Shown here in pieces: positions 1 through 12,231 of a DNA stretch of 20,000 nucleotides. This DNA is from Alloascoidea hylecoeti (lineage: Eukaryota), in the NCBI GenBank assembly GCA_001600815.1, contig BCKZ01000033.1:115159-135158 (forward strand). Reading direction: 5' to 3'. Position 1 is the first letter of the stretch. Every line of letters begins with the position of its first letter. The translations under genes and the position numbers were made by a program. The notes beneath the pieces are model-generated. The model did not search any database and was not told where the DNA came from. It saw nothing but the letters and a program-made list of their open reading frames with translations.

Positions 1-848
1 CGACATCCTTGGGCATACCAGACTTTAGATCAAACTCTGGGTTATATGCCAGATTGGAGCACTTGGGACTAAGTGACCCTCAAGAAGTGTTTGATATTGA
101 CTTATTCAGGGTTGATCCCAGTGTGTTCTACTCTGTGGCTAAGGATATACTACCACCCACATCACAATATACTCCAACTCATGAATTCATTAAACTATTG
201 CAAGATAAAGGAAAACTTCTAAGAAACTATACTCAAAATATTGATAATCTAGAGCATTATGCTGGAATTGAGTATGAGAAAATAATACAGTGTCATGGAT
301 CTTTTGCGTTTGCAACTTGCCAAAGTTGTGGGTATAAATGTAACGGAGAGGAATTGTTTGATGACATTCGCAATAGCACAATATCTAAGTGTCCTAGGTG
401 TATGGAAAGGCTGGCAAATAAAAGAAAAAAATCTTTTAAAGCTTCAGATTTAGATTCTAGTGATGAAGATGAGTTAATTGGAATCATGAAACCTGACATA
501 ACATTCTTTGGTGAAGATCTTCCTGACGCTTTTTACGAAAACCTTTCAAGTGATTTGAAAAACTGTGATTTGTTAATCTGCATTGGAACGTCTTTAAAAG
601 TGGCCCCAGTCAGTGAAATTGTTCGTCATATACCACCAGAGATTCCTCAATTATATATAAACAAGGATCCAGTTCTTCATTGTCAGTTTGATATTACAAT
701 GTTGGGATTATGCGATATTGTAGTAGAATTCATATGTCAAAAGATGAAATGGAAATTTGAACATGAAATGTTAACTCATGAATATCCCAAGGCAGAAGAG
801 GTGGATGTGGGATATTTCCAAGTAGACTTACCCAAACTTGAACAATAG
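1..848 (+). CDS. SIR2: NAD-dependent deacetylase, Sir2/Hst1 (class I sirtuin); 5'-partial, gene starts upstream of the window
   Basis: Frame is open from the window edge ([10 protein letters not shown], tail of the [15 protein letters not shown] motif). Also YTQNIDNLE, catalytic QCHGSF, Zn-binding CQSC...[23 protein letters not shown] and YINKDP. Stop TAG at 846-848. Confidence 0.95.
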   Translation, partial: TSLGIPDFRSNSGLYARLEHLGLSDPQEVFDIDLFRVDPSVFYSVAKDILPPTSQYTPTHEFIKLLQDKGKLLRNYTQNIDNLEHYAGIEYEKIIQCHGSFAFATCQSCGYKCNGEELFDDIRNSTISKCPRCMERLANKRKKSFKASDLDSSDEDELIGIMKPDITFFGEDLPDAFYENLSSDLKNCDLLICIGTSLKVAPVSEIVRHIPPEIPQLYINKDPVLHCQFDITMLGLCDIVVEFICQKMKWKFEHEMLTHEYPKAEEVDVGYFQVDLPKLEQ

Positions 849-1491
849 ACAATCGCAGGTTATAATTAATTGGTTTGCATGATCAGTTTAAACGATAAAT
901 TGTATTAAATGTGCTGTATATATATAGATAAAGGTGTTCTTATGATGACATATGGATGAAAATTAGAAAGAAATATAAACATTAGATTTACTATTCATTG
1001 GATATCATATGTATATTATTGATGAATATGTATTCTGGGTTTTTATGCCAATAAATCTCATTGGTGGTTATGAATGGTATGTAACTTATATTTTAATAAA
1101 TTATCTTTTATGATATGCATAGCTATTGTAGAAATATCCCAATATATATATAACTTATATAATTATTGAAAAGTGTTGAGTCAATATATCTACCCTCTAC
1201 GAAACATGGAAGGAAGGGAATGGTTTAGTACTTTAGCCTGAAATCTTTAAAATTGCAATATATAATTATATCCAAATTATTTAAATGAACGTCATATTTT
1301 TGGTAATAAAAGCAGAACTTAGTGATAATCTGATTTGTAGGTAAACCAATTGTTGTTGTAAAACTTGATTTTTATTTGGCGCTTAGTATAAGTATAGCTT
1401 CTTTTTGTACTTTTCTTTTTGTCTTCATATTATTTTTGCAAGAATAAATACACATACTTCTCTAAATATTCTTTTTGTCATTTTTAAAGCG

Positions 1492-1878
1492 ATGAAATTT
1501 TCTATATATGCTGCCGTTGCAGTCCTCTCTGGTTCCGCACTAGCAAATACTGCTCCTACTGGATCTCTTGCACCCACCGATTTACGTTTACAAATAGAAG
1601 ACAACAAGTCAAACTTTATGAATAAGAGATCAACTGACGGTCTCGCTACTGTTAATGGCTTAAGTCTCCCTAAACTTGTTAAGGGAACCAAGACCAACTC
1701 TAATATAACATTTCAACAATTTAATGTTACTTCAAACTCTACTGGTATTTGTTCCAGTAATTCAACCCCAAAGCTTGATGGAGATTTTGATTCTAGTGCT
1801 ACTTTCAATTCTAGTGATTACAAATATTCATCATTAGCCGCTGCTATTGCTTGTGTTGTTGTTGTCTTTATGTTATAA
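1492..1878 (+). CDS. Small (128 aa) secreted Ser/Thr/Asn-rich protein, putative GPI-anchored cell-surface protein
   Basis: ATG at 1492 gives the signal-peptide-like MKFSIYAAVAVLSGSALA. There is a dibasic KR site, several N-x-S/T sequons (NIT, NVT, NST, NSS), and a hydrophobic C-terminus (SLAAAIACVVVVFML) after a small-residue region (DSSA). The track's start at 1405 is a non-ATG extension. Confidence 0.7.
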   Translation: MKFSIYAAVAVLSGSALANTAPTGSLAPTDLRLQIEDNKSNFMNKRSTDGLATVNGLSLPKLVKGTKTNSNITFQQFNVTSNSTGICSSNSTPKLDGDFDSSATFNSSDYKYSSLAAAIACVVVVFML

Positions 1879-2329
1879 GTGAACAAATTAGGCTGGTTTA
1901 TGTTAATGTCCATGTTCATGTTTGTGGTTTATCTAATTGCTATTAAATTTTTGGTAAAGATGTTTTAATCTGGTATCACATTCTAGTTCTTTTAATGTTT
2001 TTGGATTTATCTTTTAAAAATATAGCTTTTAGTGTCCTATCTATTAGCTATTGATATTTTTTATGTCTTATTATTATTATTCTATTATTATATAGTTAAT
2101 ATCCTCTTATTACATGTACTATTATTATCATTCGATTAGTATGTCCTATATTTATAAGCTAGCACTATATATTAAGAATCTCAATTATACTCCATTAGCG
2201 ATGAATAGTAAACAGATGATCTAAGCAATATTTGTCTTGTATGTAAAATGTTTATAGACATTAATAACTAGCTACATGTATACCAAACTATTGAAATATT
2301 ACTACTTTTGTTTATCAATTTAATTTGAA

Positions 2330-2975
2330 TTAAGTAAAATTTTAAATTCCATATAGATTAGCCCAGTTATTTTTTCCCCATTTATTCCTAATAGATCATT
2401 AAAACACTCAATCAATATGTTTTTGGTGTCTGTTTTTAATTTGGTTCCCAACATCAGAATCAAGAAAACAACATCTTCATAGTTGTAGCAAGATAAGAAT
2501 CTACCACGATAAGAAACGCCAGCAATAATTTTGAGTTGATATTCTGCTTCGAACATAACACCTCGACCATTAATGGCCCTGCTATGAGCCTTCTCTTTTT
2601 TAATTTATGTGCTGAATAGATGCAAATAACTTGAAATCGATCCAAATGTAATTCATTAACTGTAGTTCTTAACAGCTCTTCAAAATAAATCAATTCCCTT
2701 ATCTAATTTTAAGAGCAAGCATTCACGTAGCCATCACAAAATTCTTTAATACTTGTTGGATTATAAAAGAGCATGGGTTCAATAAAGCTTTTAATCAGGC
2801 AATGATTATTATGGGGCTGGGCAAAAAGAAGAATATGGTTACTTCTTGAACCTCTTCACTTGAAATATCTCCACTTGTAAAAGCTAACGTTAACAGGAGC
2901 AGTTTCTTATAAAGTTGGACATCCACCACATTGATAATTGAACCCCAGGTCTAAATAATTAACCAGTTGTTCAAT
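2330..2975 (-). pseudogene. Highly decayed non-LTR (LINE/L1-like) reverse transcriptase fragment
   Basis: Across stops and frameshifts the minus strand gives collinear motif remnants: WGSIINVVDVQLYKKLL (~WRPISLLNVDYKILAK), KA..PCSFIIQQVLKNF (~KAFD.V.H.FI..VL..FG), TTVNELHLDRFQV (~V.VNG....F.V) and GVSYRGRFLSCYNYEDVVFL (~GI......L.YADDVV.F). Recognised by eye only. Confidence 0.45.
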
Positions 2976-3157
2976 TTTCATAATAAAAGAAGAGAAGATG
3001 GAGAAATGGATTGAGAAATTAATATATCTACCACCGCGCTTTTACTATCCTTTATAAGTTTTATGTTTCTGATTTTAGAAATTATTATTTATGAATTAGT
3101 TTTGAATTAGTTTGAATTGATTTTTGATGATTTTGGATAGAATTGATAGTTTAACTC

Positions 3158-3994
3158 TCATTTCCAACCATTCAATTTCTCCAAAGATATTTCATCTTCG
3201 GTGTTGGTTTGTCTATTTTCATTATCATCTTCATTAATCTCATTTATATAATTTTCCCCCTTTTGTGTATTCAATTTAGCCATAACTCTAGCAATTAAAA
3301 TCCGTAATCTTACAATTTCATTGAAAATATCACTTGAAGAAGTTAAAAGATTTTTTTGTATATTTTCTTTGGGATTAGAAAGATATTGTGAAACCATTGA
3401 ATGTAATTCTTCATAAATTTCTTTTTTTTCCTTTGTTTCTATAAATTTCCTTCTTGCTTCTAATAATTTATCCCTAGAAATTCTATATTTTTCCAATTGG
3501 TTATGATCATCTTCGTTATTTGTATCAAATTTCAAGTATTTAACGTCTGGTAATTCTGGAATATGATCTAATATATCATCAAGATTTTCTAAATCAAAGT
3601 CAGGAGTTGAAATTGGTAAGAGAATCTCAGTTGCTCGATTTAATTGAAATTCACTATCTATTAACTTTTGTGTTTGAAGAGTGATTAACTGTGATGATAT
3701 TTGATGAATTGCTTGTTTTGTAAATTGACGACGATGATGTTTACGGATTTGTGTATTCACTGGAGGAAAATCCATAAATGTTAGAACAATAAGATTTGAT
3801 GATAATAATAAACTTTATACACGTAGTAGCTTACATTTATTTAATACCTGTTGTAATTTTTCTTCAGTTATTGATGATTCATCACCCTGATGATTTAGAA
3901 TGTCGCGAATATTTTCATCTACTACTAAAATCTCGGATAGAATCTTAACTTGAGAGTCGATGAAAGTTTTGATGTTTGTATATGATGCATTCAT
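3158..3994 (-). CDS. FTA4: Kinetochore Sim4-complex subunit Fta4 (Nkp1-like), 2 exons: 3994-3835 and 3759-3158, 253 aa
   Basis: Splicing joins ORFs 3815..4096 and 3158..3775 into MNASYTNIKTFIDSQVKILSEIL...KLQQVLNK-L-NTQIRKHHRRQFTKQAIHQISSQL. This matches the Fta4-family pattern K..F...QV.ILS.....VL.KLN..I+.H.R..+..QA..H+..Q+. Confidence 0.8.
3760..3834 (-). other. 75-nt spliceosomal intron in FTA4-like gene
   Basis: Donor GTAAGC (3834-3829), branch TTCTAAC (3786-3780), acceptor CAG (3762-3760). The phase-1 junction T|TG restores the frame. Confidence 0.9.
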
Positions 3995-4906
3995 AGAGGA
4001 AAAAGGGTTGGAAGTGGGAAAAAGGTGTTTTTTGTTGAGGTGAGCTAGTGTTTGTGGTTGTGTCCTACCCACTCTTACGAGATGAGACATCCACAATCAT
4101 TATACACCTTCTTTCCAAACTTCAGCTTATACAATAAGTCTCACAGACCTGGACTTCCTTATACTATAAATATTTTGAGGCTTAGTGTCCTGGCCTGGCT
4201 GTCGTCGTCGACCGTACACAGTACTATACTATTCCTGATCTGAATTCTGTCGCGACTGAAAATTTGTCATTATGTTGATTACAATTTACAACACCATTCT
4301 AAAGGTCCCTTGGACCACTGTAATCTTTCTTTAGGCTATATCTTTCTATTCCTTTTGGTTTTCCCCATTCAAAAAAGGCCATTTGAGTGCCGAAAATATT
4401 CCATATCCATGCTTTTTAAAAGGGGTTAACTATTAGGGTATTTATAATTAGAATGGTGTCCCAACTTGACCCAACTCAACTGTGCCTCTTAATTGATCTT
4501 TTTACATTGCTGTTACTTTGTTTTACTCTTATTATATTATCCTCCGTTCCTGAAATTGAACTTCAGCATAACGGTCAGGAAAGTGCATATGAAATGTGAT
4601 TAATTAATAACAAACATAAAATTTCTGAACCGTTAAATTTAAACCAACTGGTGCTTCTCGTTTCTTCAAAGTTACCAATATTATGTTATCGATGGTTCTT
4701 TATCGGATCATAACCGATTGACACTTTTCCATTTCCATATGCATCAAGATGAAAATGGACACTTATGTCTCAAAGTATTAGCATTGTCGTGGTGACTTAA
4801 ATATTAAATAATATAATAGTAAACACAAACACAAAATGACAAAAACCCTTCTCTTTTTTGTTTTGTATTTAATCATGAACTTGCACCGTATAAACATATA
4901 AATGAG

Positions 4907-7900
4907 ATGAAAGATTTAACTCCAAGTTTGGCTTCGTTAATCCAACAAAGAAACTCTGAATTACGTCTGGTCAAGCAAAGTCTATTAAATGCTCTTTTAT
5001 CTGATTTTACCACACATACTAATGTATGTTCATTTTTAACTATTAAACTTTTTCTTTTTATACTCACTAACTTCTCACTAAGACACAAACATCTGAAATA
5101 AACATTCAGACTTCCAAAAAACTTAAACCCGATAAAGGAAGTAAATCTCAATCTCCAAAAAATAGAAATAAAAAAAAACCTTCAAGATATTTTAATGCTC
5201 CTTCAGCTTCACCTGAACCGGTTACTAATCATTCAAAATCAAAACCAAAAGGGAAATCAAAATCAAAATCGAAATGGAAATCAAAGTCAAAGTTAAAATC
5301 AAAGTCTAAATCCAACAGTAATTTTAATAATAGTAATAGTAGTAACAGTAATAATCATGACAATAACAATAGTAACAATAATAAATCTCCGGAACATTTT
5401 CAATCTTCAACCCAAACTTATAGTGATGACTTCTTATTATCCTCGCCAATGTATTCTAATGAATCACTGTCATTATCATCGACTGATAGAAATTTAATGA
5501 TTCCACCAATAGATCAAGAAATCATTAAAAGAACTGAAGAAGCAATTAAAATTGAACTAAAGAAAATTAAAGATACTGAGAAACAAATTTTGGACGAATT
5601 AATCAAACAGAGAATTGAAGTTCTAAAATACAAAAATAGTGGTCAAAACTCCATGCCAATCAAAGAATTTCACAATTTTGAGTCAATCTTCGAAAATAAA
5701 GATATTAATAATGTTAATGAAAGAATCGATGAATTTATGAATTCTGTAATGACAACCGATTCTGCTTTAATCCCATATATTGAATCATATAATAAACAAC
5801 ATCAAGATAATTTAAATGAAGGGGAAGATATAAATGAAAAGAAATCCCCAAATTCAAACTTGAAATCCTATGATTATGATGATGAGAATTATAAAGAAAC
5901 ATATAATTGTTCTTTTACTGATACTTGTATTGGATCCATTAATTATGACGATCAAAGTTATTTAACTGCTAATTCAATTCAAAATTCTCCATTGCATAAT
6001 CATGACGATCTAAACGATTCTTTTGTTACGGCCTCTTTACCCATTCACACATCATCTCAAAAATCTAGTAATAAAAATCTGAAAGACTCAGTATTAAGGT
6101 CGTCGATAAGCCATCAAGAATACAAGGAATATAACGATAATGATGAGGATTATAAAGAAACATATAACTGTGCTTTCACTGACCCAATAAATTTTGATGA
6201 CTACCATTCAATTATTAATGATATAGATGCCTCTGATTTAAACATAAATTCACCTGTTAATATATCAGATATTGATATTTCTAATAATAATTATGATTCA
6301 TCTACTAAAAAATCCAAATCTAAATCGCCTATACAAAAATACAGAGAAAATTATGATCAATCTAGATCATCGTTTAATAAACATGATTTATTTACTAAAG
6401 AATCAGAATCAAAATCTCCTATGCGAAAATACAAAGCAAATTATGATCAGCCTGGATCATCATCAAAAAATGATAATAATAGTGTGAATTCTTATGAATC
6501 TCAAGCCAAGTTATCTATTGCTTCTTCTAAATCAAATCCCATAGCTCAAGTTAATGAATTACAAGCGGAAGCATTAACTCAATCGTCCAACGCGAATGAA
6601 TATCAATCATCGATAAAATCACTGATCGAGAAAGCCAATTTAAACTCCAATTTAAATGTTGAATCTCCAAATACTAAAAATGAAGATAACGGCTCATCGA
6701 ATTTATTATTTAATAGCTTTAAATCTATTATGTCATCTTCAAAGCAGACTGTTGTCACAACATCGTCATCATCTTCATCATCATCGATTGTTTCTAAATC
6801 AAATTCAAATAATAACGACAATGCCCATAACTCCAGTTACTTATATAAAAGCTTTAAATCAATGTTGTCATCCTCACCTCGTGATTCAAAAGCTGCATCG
6901 GTTATAGATTCAAATTCCGCTGCCAGTATTCACAGTAACAAGAATAGTTTACCCTCCAAGTTAAACGTAAGGTATAATGATAATGATAATGATAATGAAT
7001 TTGTTGATGCAATTGGCGATAATCAATCTATTGAGAATCAAAATAAATACTCACCAATTACTGATTCATATAAAAATGATATTAATGGAAGCAACTTATT
7101 ACATGATTCAGGGCATAAAAATAAATTATTCTCGTACTCAAAAGATCAAAATTCACGAGGATTAAGTTTCAATGAAACTAATACTAATAATAATAAAGGT
7201 AAACAAAAAGAGTATAATTTAATTCCAATAACAGAAACAACATATTCTGATAATGATGATATTTCTGTTATTAATAATAATGAACCATTATTAGTTGAAG
7301 ATAATGGATCGAGGAAAACTTATTTTACTGTAAATCCAAAATTGTTAGGTAATAAAAATACAATACCTTTTATTGAAACTAGAAAATCAAGAAACTCAAA
7401 GTTTGGAAATTTCAGTAAATCACCATTGGAGAAGAATAATGTTAATACTTCTCCAAGAAAGTTGGGATCTGCTATTGGTTTGATTGGAAGGAACCCCAAG
7501 GATGATGACGATATTGATGAATCGATTAGTTCAAGTGATAGAAAATTTACTTCAGCAATTGGTTTAAAGGACAAAAGTAGTGATCATAAGCTTATTCAAA
7601 ATGTCAGAAATTTAAAATCCGAAATAAGTAATACAAATCCGATTACTACTGCTAATAATGGTATTGGTATCTACACTACTAATGTGGGAAGTCCAATAAG
7701 AGCATCATCACCAATATGCCAACCACTAAACAAATCACCGATTTCAAACCTTCAAAAATCTCCAACCCAAATTAGTAATGATATTGATAATGCACCCAAT
7801 ATATCACCAAAACCGGCAGCAAGACCAATTAATTCATTTTTTAAAGAGAAGAGACATACTATCGCTTTTGTTGAAAAATCGTCTCCAAAAAGTAAAGTTG

Positions 7901-10900
7901 GGGATTTGAAAAAATTATTTGATGATAAACAAGAAATTAATAGATCTACATCACCAAATTTGCCATATCCAAAGCTATTCACATCCAGATCTCCATCACC
8001 AGTGGCTTCACCAGTCAATGCCGAATGGTCACCAGTCTCAAATGATAATGATTATCATAATCTTTGGAGGCGGAAAAGTGCACCTGATCCATCAATTTTA
8101 TTATTAAGTCCTGAAGATAATGCTTTAAAGACTGTTTCTTCAAACTCAACATTTAAAGAACTAAGACGCGAAGATGCAATTATAAGTCGACAAAGTAGAT
8201 TTAACGGTGATGTCAGTGTTCCAAATCTTTTCGCTAAAAACAATACCAATCTACCTCCTAGTCCAAGAAGCCCTAGAGCAAGAATAGGAAATAATAATTA
8301 TCTAAATGGCTCTCGTTCTTCATCACCAAAAAGACTTAGCTCTCCAATTCGAGTTAGCAATATTAACTCAACTCCTCCAACTCTGAAAACTTTTGCAAAC
8401 TTGGGTAGCAATAGAAAAAGTATTACTAGCAATAGCCCTACCATGTCTAAAGACTCTACTATTTCAAAAATTGGTAATACAACTTTCAGTTCTGGTAACT
8501 CACCAACAAAAAATACTAGCAATATTTTCAATCCAAATTTAGCGTTAAGTAATCTATCAAGATTGAAATTAAATAATAATGATAATTATAACAGCAATAG
8601 CCATGAGTCTTTAACATTATCGAATTCAAGATCATCAACCAACTTATCACCAAAACATTCAAGTTATAAATCATCTACATCTGGATCACCTACTACATCG
8701 TTGTATATTTCAAGAAAAGGTTTATCAAATGATGATGTTAATATAACAAGTACTATGAATCAGTCAAAAGTTGAAATATCATCTTTTGATAAAGAGGATT
8801 ATGAAATAGACTACAATAATGAAGAAGAAGATAAATCTAAATCACAAAGCTGTGAAACATCGCTATATTCACGACATGAGCTCTTATCATCATCAATAAA
8901 TGATAACAATATTGAAAATAGTAATGATGATAATTTAGAATCTTCTAGAACTTCGGATCTTGGAGAAATTAGAACAGAAACAATTATGTCTGGTCACTCG
9001 CCATCAGTTACATCTGAATATTTAACAGATTCACAATCATTGATTCCTTCAAATGTTTCTTCCAGCAGATCTGAAATAAGTTCAAATTCTCGCTATTCTT
9101 CTCCATCAAGGTATAATAATAATATAAGAGTAAACCCCAAAAGCGCTGTTGGTGCTTTATCGAATAGTACCATTAGTGGGACATCTTCTTCAAGATCCGG
9201 CTTTCATAATTCAGAATCAGAATCATCAATCTTAACAAGTATTGACTCTAGGAATCCAGCACAGATTGAATCAGGATCCAGAAAGTTTACGTCATCAAGC
9301 TATTCAGAACTTAAAGCATCTAGTATTAATAAAGAAAATTCTAATGTTAGATTTTCACCTTCCAATTCTAAAAGTTCCGCAACTTCAACACCAAAGAATG
9401 GATCATTATTTCAACCAATTGCTTCCTTGAAGAATTCTGAGACTAGTCATTCTCATTCACAATCTGATTTAAGATCCGCATCACAATTATCTGTACTAAA
9501 TGATTATAAGTTGAGAAACTTATATATTAGTTATGGTGGTAGTGCACTATTTAAACCTGGATCATCTGAATTTTCTGAAAGAGGACCATATACTTCATTA
9601 CAATCAAGGAATTCTAATCGTGATGATTTTAAAAATTCAAAATCGACGTCAGCAGATAGTACCAGAATTAGAAATATGGATCAAGATACTGGTATGAGAA
9701 TGTCGGAGTCTAATCAAGAGAAAATTATAAGAAATGATGATTTAGAGAGTATAGCTTTAAAACTATCAAGAAATTTTGATGATAATAACACTAGACCTAG
9801 TTCAAGTGATAACAATCATGAGATAATTGAAATTGAAGACGATTTTGATAATCAATTTCAAATGAATAAAAACAAAAATACAGTAAGTGATTCAGGTAGT
9901 TCAAGAGCCCCGCACTCAGTTTTATCGTCATCAATATCATCCAAATCATCCATTGCAAGAAGTATTGATGGCTTAAGAAGTCAAGCCGAATTACAAATGC
10001 ATGACTTATCATTAATTAGTAAGCCAATCTCAGAATCATCAAGTAAAAACTCGTCAACTTATTCACACTCTATAACTTCTGGGTCTAGTATAACTCATTC
10101 TGTTGGAACTGGAACAATAATTGGCCTGACAAACTCAGATATTTCTAGTTCAATATCAGGATCCAGAAGAAATATATCTTCTCAACCATTGATTTTGGAT
10201 GGAACAGAGACAATTATTTCAAGTGCTAATAAATTATCAACAATTGGTAGTAGCTCTAAAGCTTCTTATAATTCGAATGATTTTACAAAATCTTTATCTT
10301 CTGAGATTTCGGCATCAAGAAATGGATCAATACTTACAGCTAAAAATGATAATGGCAATGATAATAGTATCAATAATGAAGTTGTTTCTTCAATAACTCA
10401 AGATGATAGCGTGTTTAAAAATATTAATAATGTTATTGAACCACCTTTTTCTCCCCAGAATACTAAAACTACAAATGATAATAATAAATTAGATCCTTAT
10501 GGTTCTCAATTTAATAAATTAAGATTAGGGAAAACATTTAGTTTAAAGGGTAAGAGATTGACAAGTAGTGATATCGGAAGGGCATTGGCAAGTGGTATTG
10601 GTAGAAACGAAATTACTACAACCACATCACGGATATCGGAAGAAAACAATAATATTCAAGAACCTCGAGTTTATCATACGGGTATTCCAACTTTATTTGG
10701 TAAAGAAAAACCGATCACAACAGGTTTTGGATTTCCAAATTATAGTGATGAATTGAAAAGAATTAATGAAGAACTTAAAAGATTATCCGGTGAAGATTCA
10801 TCTTCGGAAGTGAATACAACCACTGTCATTCCATTCAATGGGATTACAAATGATGGAGCTAGTAATGAAAATATAAATACTGCAAAGGATATTAATACTG

Positions 10901-11505
10901 GAGGCGGTTATACTGAATTGGTTAGAGGTAATAACAGTTATATTGGACCATTCGGATTATATGGTGATGACAATAAAGCTAGATTTGATTTTATTCAACC
11001 GGAGAATCAGATGATTCCATCACAGCAACAAGAACTAGAAATTAAAGAAAATTTTGATTTTAATAAATCATTACCGCCATTACCATCAGAAGTATCTGTC
11101 AATAAAAGGCCCTTACCATCACCTGTACCTCAACAACCAAATTTTCTTGGACCAAGACCTCTACCACCTGAACCAAATACAAAGCCTTTAAATCGAGAAA
11201 TGATATTACAACAGCCACAAAGACCCTTTAAAACTTATGATGATTTTTTGCGCCCTGCACCAAAACGTATTCAATCGGTTCCATATGAAGAGCCAAATCC
11301 TCTAGGTTATATGCCTCTTCCAATAGTACCGACTATTAGTGATCCAAGTAATAACATGTCGCCAAAGTTACATTCACCAACTTCAGATAGTAATATTGCT
11401 TTATCACCTAAATTAACAGGATATGCTTATCCATACCCAAGAAGAGTAAAACAAGTTTTAGCTCATGATAAAAGTCAATACGCTTTTAAATTATTTAAAG
11501 ATTAA
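4907..11505 (+). CDS. Large (~2179 aa) Ser/Asn-rich, largely disordered protein of unknown function; 2 exons (4907-5023, 5083-11505)
   Basis: The long ORF is open upstream of 5449 to at least 5083. Exon 1 (MKDLTPSLASLIQQRNSELRLVKQSLLNALLSDFTTHTN) is joined by a phase-0 intron. The protein has many SP sites, an SK-repeat tract and a Pro-rich C-terminus (LPPLPS, RPLPSP, RPLPPEP). No family recognised. Confidence 0.8.
5024..5082 (+). other. 59-nt spliceosomal intron (alternative in-frame acceptor at 5109)
   Basis: Donor GTATGT 5024-5029, branch CACTAAC 5065-5071, acceptor AAG ending 5082. A CAG ending at 5109 is also in frame. Confidence 0.8.
5234..5382 (+). repeat. Coding hexamer repeat (TCAAAA-like, SK dipeptides) followed by an AAT/AGT Asn/Ser tract
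   Basis: tcaaaatcaaaaccaaaagggaaatcaaaatcaaaatcgaaa... then aataatagtaatagtagtaacagtaataat. Confidence 0.7.
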
Positions 11506-11546
11506 ACTATTTTTGGTTGTTCTATTAGTATTTATGATCTCTTTCA

Positions 11547-11613
11547 TTTAGTTTCAGTTTCAGTTTCAGTTTCAGTTTCAGTTTTAGTTTTAGTTTTAGT
11601 TTTAGTTTTAGTT
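11547..11613 (+). repeat. Compound hexanucleotide microsatellite (GTTTCA)5(GTTTTA)5 in the 3' UTR region
   Basis: Read directly from the sequence, ~45 nt after the stop codon at 11505. Confidence 0.95.
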
Positions 11614-12231
11614 GATGCTTATTATTGTTCATATTTTTCAATAAACTATTTTTTTCGGAGGTACTCCTTGCTCTTGTTCTTGTTTATTCATTTTTTAATT
11701 TAATTTTTATAAATATATTAATATGGAGTTGCAACTCCAAAATTATGTCAATATTATATAGTTAGTGCTACATGTAGTAACTTAAACTCTCTAATGATGA
11801 TAGTATTTATTTTGGATAAACGATATAAGTGAGGTAAGTATAGATGAATTGTGAGGACCACGCAATACCTGAGCGAATCAGTAAGTCGATCCTCCTCCTC
11901 TAATTTTGTAAGCAATCGGAATTTTTCGTTTACCATCGCTAAAGAACCTGTAAGTATAACATTTATATTCCTTCTACTTTGTAATACAACGATCTTTTTT
12001 TTTCTAGCAATCTTTAAAATCCTTGATTCAAAATGTCTTCAGTTTCGCATCGTTTTTTCCTTGTTCAAGGGTTGAGGCGTAGAGAAAAGATATCTGGGGC
12101 TTAAAGATTTAAATTATTTGACAAAGTGCGTCCCAAACTTAATGAGCAACACCCTATAAGGTTATATTAACGAGATAAATATCTGCAGCTGTGCTGTTTG
12201 TGAAGGAGATTTTTCCACTTTACAAAATTTA

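Noticed and set aside
1..3994. Functional clustering of SIR2 and a kinetochore gene beside a TE nest
   Set aside because: Gene adjacency in fungi is not evidence of a shared system, and nothing in the sequence links them.
3995..4243. N-terminal extension of the FTA4 ORF and ORF 4052..4243
   Set aside because: Both rely on non-ATG starts in the promoter or 5' UTR region. Family similarity begins at ATG 3994.
6272..10756. Many short alternative-frame and antisense ORFs within the large gene
   Set aside because: These are shadows of low-complexity AAT/TCA-rich coding sequence with no motifs.
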